In this document: positions 14,381 through 26,678 of the stretch, piece by piece
Position numbering within the stretch: position 1 is the first letter of the stretch
How the letters are laid out: each line of letters begins with the position of its first letter
Assembly (NCBI GenBank): GCA_011109175.1
Contig: RDEW01000059.1
Coordinates: 62,001 to 126,000 of the forward strand
Reading direction: 5' to 3'
DNA length: 64,000 bases
DNA from: Dicyema japonicum
Taxonomy: Eukaryota; Animalia; Dicyemida
Notes under the pieces: model-generated
Told to the model about the DNA's origin: nothing
What the model saw: the letters and a program-made list of their open reading frames with translations, nothing else
Database searches by the model: none
Translations under genes and position numbers: made by a program

Positions 14381-15750
14381 CATGCCGATAAATTGCTCTG
14401 TAGTTCATTTGGATAGATTGGTTCCAAGTATCTTTTGATCAAAATTCTATCAAAACTCTTAGTTATTTTTACTCTATTAAAATTTTTTATAAACAACAAC
14501 ATTAGAAGAATTAAGATAATATCCAATACCTTTAAACAAGTTTTTTAAACTTTATTGTTCAACTAATCAAGGAAAATCACATTCTACTAAGCATTAGTGA
14601 CCTTATTGATTCTAGAGTCGGTGGATGGAGTGAGAAAATCAGTTATTTTTACAGTGGCTCCTGTGAAAGACTAATAAAATGATAAATCTGTAAGTTTGAA
14701 ATGTTTATTTACGAAAAATTCAATAAAAAGCTTATTGAACGTGAATAACAGATGACACGTTAGTATTTTATTCAAAAACTCGAAAAATAAAAAAATTGAC
14801 TTTATTGACCTAAAAATAGGGAAGGATGCACTCCAACTCTGACAAGGAAGTGAGTAAAACCTATTCCTGGTATACCATGGGTTAGTAAAAAATGCTCTCT
14901 CGGTGGATATCCGTCAGAATGTCTGGGCTCTGGATATCATTATTCTGGCATGAATGCTTCAATAATTCAGTTATCCAAGACTGTGTGCTTTAAGTTCAGT
15001 ACAGACTTTAAATCAGACATCCAAGTTGAGATAGAAGGGATTCGAATCTAGACAGTGTGCATTCTATGTCTCTTGAATCAATTAAGAACATGGACAAGAA
15101 GTTATCTCCACCTTGAGAAGACATTAAGTGTACAGGAACTAAGTGATAGTAACCCTCCAACCAATTATAATTTGAATAATCTTGTGGAGTACCTTTGTAA
15201 AGCTTGTAAATAAAGTACATGTATATCATAGTAAAGTAGAAGTTATGGTTGTCAAAAAATTATGGGTAAATGCCAACCAAATCCATCTTCCAATAATACA
15301 TTACAGACTTGGCTTACCCTGTTCCATTTTCATCACACATCATTCTTAGGTGGAATAGTTATCATAATGGTAATCTTCACCAGTTGAGTTGGTCAGAAAG
15401 AAGGTAGGAAGATTCCTTTCGACAACTGTGTAAGGAAGTCATTAATGGATGATTGTTAATTAACATTGACGTTTGTCTAAAAATTATGTCAATTCAGACA
15501 CCATCATCTTAGTGATGGGAGAAGATAATTATTTGTTAAATTATTCATTCTCGAACATTCTATAAGTATTTGAATAGATTATGAGTTATCGATGGACCAA
15601 TGTTCTTGTAAAATCATTGGCTCGTAATTTCGTGCTTGAAGTAATCATGAATTATATATTTCGTGGAATGGAGGTACTTCACCAGTTCAACCAATTAATA
15701 TAATGGAATCCAATTAAACCACAAAACCATAACTTTATTATAATTAAATG

Positions 15751-16185
15751 TTAGGTTCTAGAATAACAGAGATTAGCAGAAACGCAGGTTTTTCCGTCCG
15801 CAATTCGTTTTATAACAGTTTCTACAAAAGCCATGGATCTCCCAGCTGACTTTACTGTGCTCAATATTTCAATTTCCTTCGCATAACCAACTTTACTGAC
15901 ATAACTAAATTCAAGGGACCACCAAACTTTAAATTAATGTCTACTAGCTTGTACGATTTGTCTGAATAGGAATTTAAAGCCTTTTGAGATATCCAATTCA
16001 CAGCAGTGGCACCAAATCCACCATGCATTGTATCAAATGCATTTAAGTGCTCATTATTTAACTGGAGTACCCCATATGCTGTCCCATCATGACACTTTTG
16101 TAAGTCAAACTAGAATATATTAATTTTTTACATTTCTTAATGTTCTATTAAAATTATGGACTTGACGAATTATAGGTCGAAACAT
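15751..16185 (-). CDS. ACOT13: Hotdog-fold acyl-CoA thioesterase (THEM2/PaaI type), 129 aa, 3 exons
   Basis: Removing GT-AG introns 16110-16131 (22 nt) and 15905-15927 (23 nt) gives an unbroken ORF: MFRPIIRQVHNFNRTLRNFDLQKCHDG...EHLNAFDTMHGGFGATAVNWIS...VDINLNYVSKV...AGRSMAFVET...RT*. N-x4-HGG motif; Arg-rich N-terminus suggests mitochondrial targeting. Confidence 0.85.
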
Positions 16186-17528
16186 TTTATTTTAATAATT
16201 TTAAATATATATTTTAGAATTATTTATTTTATTTTTTGATAACTGGATTTAATGGGATTGATGAGTGATGTCGTCATACCTCACTGTAGAACCTGATTGT
16301 CTATAAAGCCAAAAGAAAGAAGTTGCCTTCACCACTTACAATAACTGTTATTTACTTATACATGTGAGGTTATAAGTTCTATGGTTCTCGTGAAAGTGCT
16401 ACCATTATTATCTGGGTTAGTTTTGTGAAGAATGTTATAAATTTCTTGCTCTATCTTTAGGAGAAAATAACCTCCATTCTGCGTCAGTTAATATAATAAT
16501 TAGTACACGTTTAGTGCGGTTTTATGCTTTTCAACAGCGTGATGTCGCCCAGAGAACACCTAATTCACTCAATCGGGAGACAATCCCTTAAGCGAAGCGT
16601 TCATTGCTCGGCTGTTTCCTGTAAAATCAATAATTTAATATCTGTGAGCCAAAGACAACAACTAGAAGCAAATATATATTATTTAACATCCAAGATTACG
16701 GTTAATCAAACTAATTATCAGTGATCCCTATTCGTTCTATTAGTGACCTCATCTGAAATATGTGGCCACATTCCTGCATTGTGTAGTCTAGTCTCAACAG
16801 TTGTGAAAACATATTATATCGATATCCTTGTTCAGTTTTATAATAATTAGTAAAACTCAAAAAGTTTCTGTCAAGTTACCTATGCATAAATTTTTTACAC
16901 TTTTCGGGAAGAGTAGGGAGAAGTAAGATGATATCCAATACCATCAAACAAGCCTTGTAAGTCATTACTGTTAAACTTAGTAAGGACAATAAGATTCCAC
17001 TAAGCCTTAGTTACCTTATTGATCCAAGAGTAGATGGAACAAGAAAATCAGACATTTTACAATGGCACCTGTGAAATTGTAGTAAAATGACAAAATGTGA
17101 TTATTGTGAAGGCACCTCTTTGTGCACGGGAGAAAAGAGAGAATATAGATCGGTTACGCTAAAGTCCTATGAGGAGCTATGAGTAGCCTTTAACGATTGA
17201 GTAATATTTAGCCAATAATATATCTCCTTATTTATTTTACTAAGACCAAGAATCACCGACAAAATAAAAGAGAGTGGGGGCCGTCAGGTGATCCCGGCCT
17301 CCTTAAGCAGCCGTCTCATCCTTTCTCGATGCTACTCCCGAGATCCGACATACTTCCTGTATGGACGAATCACTTTTCGGAAGTTTTGAAATTTCAACTC
17401 CTCGAGTTTAAATATATTTTCATATCTCCTTGGAGTTTAAAATATATTTTCATGTTAGTCTTGTATGAATTATTGTTTTATTTATTATTTTAAATTATAT
17501 AACAAATAAACATATAATAGATTAATAA

Positions 17529-19012
17529 ATGCCGATAATTAATGCACCGATTAGTAATGGGAAAAATAAATGGACTTTATGTTTTTTTCTTGGTTCAATT
17601 GTCGTTTACATGTCCCGATCTGTTGTCCCCCTATCAATGCCCCTCATAGTGGAGGACCTACAGTGGAATAAATTCCAAGCGGTTTTTTTTATTATTATTT
17701 ATAGTCTCTGGCTATGGCATCATTCTTTTTGGGTTATTCTGTTTCCCAATATTTTGGGGGGAAATTTGCCGATGAATACAAAAGTGAAGTTATTATCTTC
17801 TTTTCGAGTTTTTCGTGGATTATTTGTTTATTCGCCACTTCCGCGTGTCGGCTCTTTTTTTCTACTGAAAGTTACATTTTCGACTCGTTTGTCATCTTTA
17901 GAATGATGACGGGGTTATTTCAGGGTTTCTTGTTTTTGATTCCTCAGGGGTATTCTTTCCTTCAATAAGCAGTTTTGTCTCAAAGAATATAGAGTTTTCA
18001 AGTCGTCCATTTACATTTGTTACAATCTCTTCTGGTAGTTATTTAGGGTTTTTGTATTTTTAATCAAACAGAAATTTCCTAGTTTCCTTACTGAGCTCAC
18101 AGGCTGATAAATCGACCTGGCCTTCATTCATATGTGTCGTGGGTTTTATTTCACATAATACCAAAGGTTTATTGGCCATGATGTGGCTATTCCTTCTTTA
18201 CTTGCTGATTGGTAATGGGTTAACATTGGAATGACCGTGGGGAGTTTAACAACAAGAATATACGGACATTCGATCTGATTACACTATTCAGAACCTCAGC
18301 TTTCAAGTATTATTTATAATAAACAGAGCTCTGATTTATTCCCACTATTCAGCCAATAACTGCATATATGTCGTCATTTCATGGGTGCCCATGTATATTA
18401 GTACCATGTTCAAAAGAGATGATGTATTTTCTAACCAATATTATAGAATTGGATATTTTACTCCCTTCCATGGTTTTTATGCTTCCCAATCTCACTGGGT
18501 CTCCCATTCATAAACAATTTGTTGACTCGTAAAGGTTTGACTCTTTGGGTTGATCCCAGGGTACTCTGTTACTTTCATAAGGAAGTTCTTTCAGGTGAGG
18601 GATCGTAGTATTATTCCGTAGGGGTCTGGTCTGTTGGGACAGGGTATTTTCCTAATTCTCTTTTGTTGTTCTACCAACTACAACCAAGCCCTCTTCTTTG
18701 CGGTCTTTATTTTGATATTTTCCACGTTTCATTTAATCGGGTCTTCCATAAATCCAATGGACATTGCTCCCAACTACTCTGGAGCAGTTTATGGTAACAA
18801 ATTGATATTTTATAATGTAGGAATCATTAATATTTTTAGTGCTTTATCTGGTTAGTATTATTGTGACTTTAGGTTTTTTTGGTGTTTACATTTCTGGACT
18901 TATTTTATCATATACTGATAATTGGAAGATTATGTTCATCACAAACGCTTCTCTTTGCATTTCCTCAGGAATTTTATATATTTGTTATGGCAGTGCCTCT
19001 CAGATTATTTGA
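17529..19012 (+). CDS. SLC17A9: SLC17 family MFS anion transporter, vesicular nucleotide transporter-like; multi-exon
   Basis: WTLCFFLGSIVVYMSRSVVPLSMP...WNKFQA; FFLGYSVSQYFGGKFAD; RMMTGLFQG; NPMDIAPNYSGAVYG; ends YGSASQII*. Exon joins not all resolved. Confidence 0.78.
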
Positions 19013-19099
19013 ATGTTTTTTATTAGTCGATATTTTACAATATCTACTTTTCTTGCTTTCTCAAATTATTAACCTTTTACTAACCACGTCGACACTAGG

Positions 19100-19680
19100 C
19101 AAGCAAACAAATCCATAACTAATTTCCAGCAAGGATGATATCGCAAACGAGAAATTTCCATTCTGATGCCCCTCGGAAGAAACAGTTCTGAAGGACTAAT
19201 CTCAGGAGGTCTAAGCTCAGTATCTTGTTTTTTTCAAAGGATTGTATAGTATGCGCAGTCAAAGTCATGTATACTTTTGGTTCAGGTTTTGTCTTTTGCC
19301 AGACCTGAGTGTTCTTTGGAATTCAAGTAATGTCAAAATTAGGCGATTTGGGTCAAGCGATTTGGATCAAGCGATTTTCAGATATTGTATGCTCTTCGTT
19401 TCAATGTGATCACCCAAAGTCAGGATTTTCGACTCCCAGTATAAGTGCCCAACGGGGGATGATTTTAAACAGCCCATACAGCTCACAACGCTGAATTTAG
19501 GATCTGTTGCAGCTTTTGTAGGATGGAGAGTGATATGTATGGAGCTCGGCTTGGGAGAAGCATAATTCAGTATCGTCATGATGAATTGTATGGAGGGTTA
19601 GAGACTCCATTTGTTGCAGTTCGAGTGACCAGCTACTGCTCTAAGGATATTTGATGCAAAGTTGTTCAACGAACTCAATA
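19100..19680 (-). mobile_element. LINE RT C-terminal remnant
   Basis: LNILRAVAG...ILNYASP...GCLKSSPVGHL...LTLGDHIE, typical post-RT region of APE LINEs, with frameshifts. Confidence 0.55.
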
Positions 19681-21949
19681 TGACTCAAATGAAAATATGG
19701 TCTTGTCACAAATTTGTAATTTAAGTAACAATAATTTTTACTGATTGGGCAGTGCAATCAACTCAAAAAAATATAAGTTTATTCTAATTTGAATCTTAGA
19801 CATTTTAATCGTCATACAGTTTGTGATTGAATCATTTCTGTATTCGAAAATGATTTCTTGAGGAATAGTTAAGTCTTTATTGAATGTTCTATTTTGGCAA
19901 CCAAAAATATTTAAGGCAATATCTTAAACCCGACTGTCCTAGTTAATGAATATAATCGTCACAAAATGATGATGAACTCAGAAATTATTCCCATCTTGTA
20001 AGAGTTATCGACCTTCCAATATACCTCTTCTATCATCACCAAATTTATTCCAATGCTCTATCTTGACTCATCCCATTGTTCAATAGCACATCATTAAATA
20101 TAATTTTATAAATTGAAAACCATCCCACGTTAATAAAATTTTGATATTTTTCATGAGTAAAACTTGGTTATCCACATTAGCTTGTATGTACCTCGATGAC
20201 ACTCATGTGGTTAAATAACTTAATTCTCCAGACTCATAATTGTATAGAATTTTTTAACTTAATAACCAAATTAGGACATAAATAATCAATAAGTCCAATT
20301 AAGTAATTATATTTTCTTATTTCCCAACCTCCTTCGCTTGGAGCCACTACCCAGCTCGTCTAGCTACTGTTCATTCGAGCATTTTGGTCCCATGAGCGAG
20401 TTCAGATCTTCCTCTTTTCGTTCAAAAGACTTTCGTTGGAAGTATCGATTAACTTAACCAACATCACTCTCTCGAAAATACAGTCATTCTCCACATACTT
20501 TCAAGAGTCCTTTTGACCGTGACAGATTGAATATATACCCTTGAGAGTATACACCCAAAACATCCATATAATCTATAGTATTTACTTAACACAATGGAAA
20601 TAATCCTAACTTTGCGCTGTATATTCGAGACAACTCTCCAACGAGGAAGTCGTATTTGTGGAGTTTTCTATCTCAATACCTTCAACCTCTAAAGTGATTC
20701 CAACCTCTTTTAGAGCAATCTCATTTGTTATTTATCCAAAAAATGTCAGATTAATTATATTGTAATTTAGCATCAGTCAATAGTGTCAATTACATGTAGA
20801 GAATGAAAAAAGCTTTTGTAATTGACCGAGATATAGTGCTCTTTAGTTATTCTCCAGTTTGTGGGCAGATTGTACAGACTGGGAGCTACAATTATAACCA
20901 ACAAACCCACATTATCTATCTTATCAAGAACTATTTATTAGTTTGTCTGGTAGTAGTTACGGGACTAATTAATACAAACAGTCATAACTAACTAATCCAA
21001 GGAAGAATATCTGCTTTTGCCGACCAAATCTATCTTCCAATACTTCATTGCAGGCTTCCGCTTCCAAAGAGAGGTGAGGAAGTAGGTCCGCCCTCTTTCA
21101 TTTTTGTCCTACGTCCTACCGACGCGGACATCATTCTTTGGCGGAATAGTTTTCATAATGCAATCTTCATCTAGAGGATTTGTCAGGGAGAAAGGTAGAA
21201 AAGTCCTTTTTAACTACTGTGTGTGCCAGAAGGACTCGTCGCCTCACGGGTGGGATCTGTTTGACAAGAATTGACCTTTGCTGAAAACTCCATCTTTCGA
21301 ATTTGAACCCACGACCATCAGATCCGATGTCATCAGACGTTAAGTCCATAATTCAATTAAAAAGCGAATAAAAAAATCAACAAGGACGTGATCAAATATT
21401 AAAATTATAATAATTCTGATATAATGTTAAGTTATAAATGTATATTAAAAAATAAAATTTAAATCATTTTGTACGCAATGCTTTTACTTGCATTTCTGTT
21501 TCACAGTGCAATATTTGCTGTATTTGTTATTAAATATGATAGAATGATGCTGCGGATGAGTCCCATCCTTTCATTGTGCTCGGCATCACAATTGCTTTCA
21601 TGTCTCCCTTTGTGATGATTATTATTTACCTTGTAAACAAGAGATTTTCTGAAGATTTTACAGTATTGCGTATTTTTATTGCATAAACCCGACGAGACTA
21701 GAGTGGAGAGTAAAGTGGAGACAAACTCAGAGCCAACTCAGAGAAGACGGGCTCCCAGAATGGATTAATTTCTTTCATTTAATTTACTTCATTTTATTAT
21801 AGAATATACGTAAATTATGTTGGCTACTAATAATGTAGTAAACGCCCTCATTTTCTTATGTATCCCTCATCCCCTGTGAATGGGGAAATGACGGACTCCT
21901 AGATTAAAAGCACTCCCGAAAAATCATAAACTACTTAAGTTTTCCTTAT

Positions 21950-23400
21950 ACGACGTTCAGTATCCTACTGCACATCCTCACATTAATGCGTAGTAATTCT
22001 GTCTGAGACGGACTACACCGGGATATAAGATCATACATTGGATTACAAATCGACTGGCTGTTGGGAAGATAATCCGGCAGTAATTTCTAATGTTCATTTG
22101 CCTACTATTTTCGACTAATTTAGGCAACATATGGATTGCATTGTTCCAGGTCTCGTGCGAACTTAAGTTATTTATACATAGGATTGAGGTATTTAGGGTG
22201 CCAAGAGAGAACGGGCTAGTAGATATTCAACGTGAAAAGACATTTGTGCGAGAGGCACCTCATCAGCTCAACCAGAAACACTACATGTTTTCATTCTTGC
22301 TAAATGAACGTAATTTGTCGTTCTCTTTTCCTTTGGCATGAAACCCTAATCAACTTGATTGTCTTTCTCGAAGATACCAAAATAAGAACTAACTTATTAA
22401 TTATCCAAGTGGAGAACTATAAGTATCTATTTCTCCCAAACGAGTTGTGAATACACTGGGACCTCCCCAAAGTAGAAGGTAAGGTTGTAAGTTTAAACCG
22501 ACATGTATGCCACTTGCAAAGGGATAACATTGTTAAAGTCAGTATCCCTAAAAATCGGGATAAATCTAGAGAACTCATACATTTTAAGGAACACCAAAAT
22601 AAGTGTTTGTTTTCGACCATTATCTCCTTTTCTACTCTAGCCAGCCGTCAGACACTGGGGAATGTAACGATATCATCACTACTTATATCAATACAATTCT
22701 GGCATTACGAGATCAGGATACGCGACGGGATAGAATTTGGTCTAAGGAATACCAACTATCTCTCTTTTCAAATCATAAAAAAGACTAGGAATGTGAATGA
22801 TCGTGTCAAACGATACCAAAATCCCTCTTCAACAAATTCCATAAAACCTTGAGGGTAAACTTTTACATGCACATGTGTTACAAGTGGTAGGTCAAAAATG
22901 TGTTGATAAAACGCGAGAAAACTAACATATTGAAAAACCTCTAAAAACAGGGGATGATGGGGAACCATTATACAAGCAATCATGCATTCCTCTCATGGAC
23001 ATAGTGGGGACTAGCCATATTATGGACAAATGCCGATGACATCACATATTTGAAAAATCGAATCACTGTAGAGTAATCATTGCTACAGAATACTCTGGAA
23101 ACTGTAATTCGTATGTGGGTGCCCGTTACTCGGTGACCGGGTTTTTGTGATATCAAGGTAAGAACACCGGGCCATGTTGAGGGCTCTGCAGGGAGGGACG
23201 CATCAAATCCACATAGTTATCTTGTTATAGTATTCATATGTTTATGATTCTATTCTTGTCTTCTTCAATCTTTATTGAGTGTCATGTGGTCTACCTGTCC
23301 GAGTATGCTAGTGTCGGCTGGCTCCTCCCTACTCCATTGGAGTGGGTTCCATAGCGGCGGATATGGATGAATATGCTGAAAGGAGGCGTCTCACTCTGAC
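21950..23400 (+). mobile_element. Heavily decayed LINE
   Basis: Remnant RT-like strings VKVSIPKNRDK, FRPLS, ADDI, GALQGG scattered over frames. Confidence 0.4.
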
Positions 23401-23609
23401 TATGAACCGAAATCACTTAGTTGAGGACTTTCTCATTAACATAATGGTAAAAAGGATAGTCACAAGCCAGATCCTAAACTACATTAACGGATAGTGCATA
23501 GCTCGGAAAGTCTGAACACGACTGAGTGTGGGATCTTGAAGAATGCTAATAAATAAAGAGAATGAGACGAGCTTTTATGCTCAAAGATCATATACGAGAT
23601 AAAACCTGA

Positions 23610-24245
23610 GCTTTACCTGCATCGTCTGGCTTGTGCATGGCTCAGAGCATTACATGCACCTCACTTGGTACACTATTGAATGACGACGCGACGATGATTT
23701 GAGCTTCTGTCGCCTCGGAATGGATGTTTGCACGATCCATCGCTGTAGATATTAAGGAATGGTCGACGTGAAAGGTCTTCACGCTCTTTCCTGCTGGAGG
23801 AGTGCTGGAAGTCAAAGATACACGGAGTTATTGCTTGGGAACTTGAAGCGGCCAGATTTCCAGTCTCGGACACGCCCTAGCCAACCAAAGACTCTCTTCC
23901 CATGAAAGCGGTAGATACTTTTCCTGGGACGCCACCTGTGTTGATAGCCTCTCCCCTCCAACCTTATTATGACAGCAATTAACCCAGGCTCTGCTTCAGA
24001 GAAGGCTGAGACCCTAGGGATGCAGAAATACGCATGTCTCTGTGGACAGTTCATTTTTAAACCAGTCGCCGTGGAAACGTCAGGAATCATAGGAAGAAGA
24101 TCACTGATCCTGTTAAACAGAATCGGATCACTCATCTCGAAGGAAAAAAATGATAGGATAGAAGGGAGATGACTAATTGAGCACATTTCCTCGCACATCG
24201 TCAGGGGAAATGCGTTCTCAATTATGAGAGCAGCCAGTAGTTGTT
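23610..24245 (+). mobile_element. CRE-like retrotransposon 3' fragment: CCHC knuckle + restriction-like endonuclease
   Basis: AWLRALHAPHLGTLLNDD; C-x-C...HALSC; TLFP*KRGRYFSWDATCVDSLS; FKPVAVETSG; LLNRIG...HIVRGNAFS. Confidence 0.8.
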
Positions 24246-24660
24246 AATGTTAGTTTTTGTATCAAACCGTTTTTATTAAGTGCTAATAACTAATAAACAA
24301 AATCGATTTGACGATGATTGCTCAGAGAAAATAAGTTTCGTTGTTACCCACGACTGACATTCCATATTTTCTAAAATTCAATTTATCGGTTAATAATCGC
24401 GCAGAACGATCTTTAATTTTCATTAAAAATGTAACCCACTAAACACACACGTTCTATGCGATCATGTCTGCATTATTATCACACAAAGCATGAGCCAAAG
24501 TCAAATATAGTCAACACTAAGGAGGATATTCATTAATTTAATGGTCCACTCTAGAGAAGACATGAGGTACAATATGAGTATATAAATATATTAAATTTTG
24601 TATTAATAAATTTAAAAATAATTTTATAAAAGAATTAAAATTTAGATAATCATACTAAAA

Positions 24661-25239
24661 ATGCCAGAACCAGGTATTATTCGTTTAATAATTCTAGTTG
24701 CTAAGAATCACAAGTCGTTCAATCTAAAATCCCGTATTATAAAGAAATTGCTGAGTAAAATGACAAATCGGTTGACTCTACAATACTTGGATACCCAAGT
24801 GTTTGACTTGTTCACTTCCCTCTCAGATCTCATTTCCGCGTATTTAGAAAGTCCCGTATTGGGGGAGAAAATTACAATCAATTTTATCAGAGTTATGTTG
24901 AAGCTAAATTACTTCACCAGTCAAGACACGATAACGAGTGTCGACCAGGACGACATGGAAATAATGGAAGCATGTATTCAATCCCTGATATCAATATCTG
25001 TCACCTCCTTGGAAGAGAGGAGACCCAATCCTGAAATACCTCATCATATGGCCACTGTATACGACTCTCTAAGTCGGATAGTTTGCAGACATTTGAGTTC
25101 CAAAAGTATTGAAATAGTCCTACGATTCTACAATATTGTCTCTAATAATCACTTTATTGAGTCATGCTATGATGAGTCAAGGTTACTACACAAATTTACT
25201 TTATTTATTGATTCTCTTACGGATGTCATTATTCTATGA
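24661..25239 (+). CDS. Uncharacterised helical protein, first exon (192 aa open frame; probably continues after a 23-nt intron)
   Basis: ATG-initiated 192-codon ORF after an AT-rich promoter-like gap; possible intron GTCATTATTCTATGAAATAATAG contains the apparent stop. No family recognised. Confidence 0.55.
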   Translation: MPEPGIIRLIILVAKNHKSFNLKSRIIKKLLSKMTNRLTLQYLDTQVFDLFTSLSDLISAYLESPVLGEKITINFIRVMLKLNYFTSQDTITSVDQDDMEIMEACIQSLISISVTSLEERRPNPEIPHHMATVYDSLSRIVCRHLSSKSIEIVLRFYNIVSNNHFIESCYDESRLLHKFTLFIDSLTDVIIL

Positions 25240-25639
25240 AATAATAGTTATTCAGAATTTACTTAACATTAGAGCCTATTGAACTCATCCACTGAGACAC
25301 GTGTTTAGAGTCAACACCATTTGTCCTCACCAAATTAATCAGATAACCGCAGTAGCTCACTGATAGGTTTCATCATTAGTGACTTTAATAGTTGAAGGAT
25401 GTCAAGTAGATCCGCAAAGTGAGTTATCATTAAGCACTCTCGAACTGTTGCCCCAAGAAACTAACAACAAAGTCATCTTTGGTTATTAATCAGATTTTGT
25501 GATTTTAATCAGATTTCGTGGTTAAAGTTTAATCAAAATCACCAATTTTGTAAAATCAATAATTTATAAAATTAACATTTAAACACTACACCTAAGACAA
25601 ATACAACCTATAATTAGTAAGCAGTTATTTTGGTTGAAA

Positions 25640-25865
25640 GCGCATCCCTCATGATTTGTATGTGTTCAATCAGCCATTCCCCTTCTCGGCTGTCCCTCCT
25701 TCTTTTCTCTAACAAAGGTCAAGACATCTGTTAACTGATAATGCCTATAATAATGATCAATCAAATGACCAATTAATTAAGAGAGGTCTGACTGAGGCAA
25801 CGAATTGGTATCGCAGTTGTCCGCGGAAACGCTTACTCCTTGATCTCAGCAGCCGCTCTCCTATA
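25640..25865. mobile_element. Two short CRE 3'-end fragments in opposite orientation
   Basis: Minus strand ~25640-25720 reads EGEWLIEHIQIMRDALS; plus strand ~25790-25865 reads LRQRIGIAVVRGNAYSLISAAAL. Confidence 0.55.
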
Positions 25866-25959
25866 GATAATAAATAATATTTTTTTGTTAATAAATTTTT
25901 CACATTAAAAAAAATTAACAGAGATAAATTTTATAAGAAAAGTGATCACCGTGTGGTAA

Positions 25960-26275
25960 ACTGCACTTATACGCAGAGCAATATTAACATGACACTCAGG
26001 CAGGACACACACTTTATTTAAGTAAAGAACAGTTATTATAACTAATCGTAGAGGGAGAACCAATGAATTCTCTTTGCCCCTTTATTATTTTTGCTGGGTA
26101 TATCATTTATGGACAATCCGGTTCCGAAGTGAAATGTTCACTGATGACAGGGTCACTCGTCAAGCCAAAGCATCATAAATGTGTGAAAACTTCAACCGAA
26201 ATGTACAGCAGTGGGATTCGAACTAGGGCCATCAGGCCTCTTGCCCGACACTCGTAACACTGAGCCAACCGCGTG
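25960..26275 (-). mobile_element. tRNA-derived SINE
   Basis: Head 26205-26275 has A-box TGGCTCAGTG, B-box GTTCGAATCC, intact D and anticodon arms but unpaired T and acceptor stems; 3' body shares CTTAAATAAAGTGTGTGTC with 60444-60462. Confidence 0.6.
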
Positions 26276-26678
26276 TGATAAAGACTCGTAAAATAAAGCA
26301 ACCAGAGTGAACCTCAATGTAAGGTAAAATACTTTATAATAATCTCAGTCAGATTAGCAAAATATTAAGACTAATCATGGATTAATCTTAAATTATTATT
26401 TGCAGGAAAGAATGATGGCGTATTGATGTTAATTTGAAGTCATTCTTAAATAAATGACGTTCAAAGTAATTAATCTATTTGGGAATTAAACACTCTGACA
26501 TATGACCTGCTTTAATCATCATTTTGCGGTTTAGCACTCACACGCAAGCACACTATTATTATCAAATTATTTTTAAATAATAAAAAATTAATATATTAAT
26601 AGTTTTTTTAATATATAGTTTATAAGTGAAAATGCGCAATAATTTTAATATTTATACACAAAGTAGCGTCATACGTAA

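Noticed and set aside
16900-17100. Serpin or LRR similarity (IVLTKF...DLQGLF)
   Set aside because: Only a few residues match, spacing is wrong and frameshifts are needed.
23812-24198. ORF-track proteins such as 23812-24198(-), 55687-55881(+), 59-280(+), 771-965(+), 39375-39704(+), 57001-57333(+)
   Set aside because: Antisense shadows of retroelement or FAIM coding frames.
26205-26275. Functional tRNA gene
   Set aside because: T-stem and acceptor stem do not pair and the U33 position is A; treated as a SINE head.
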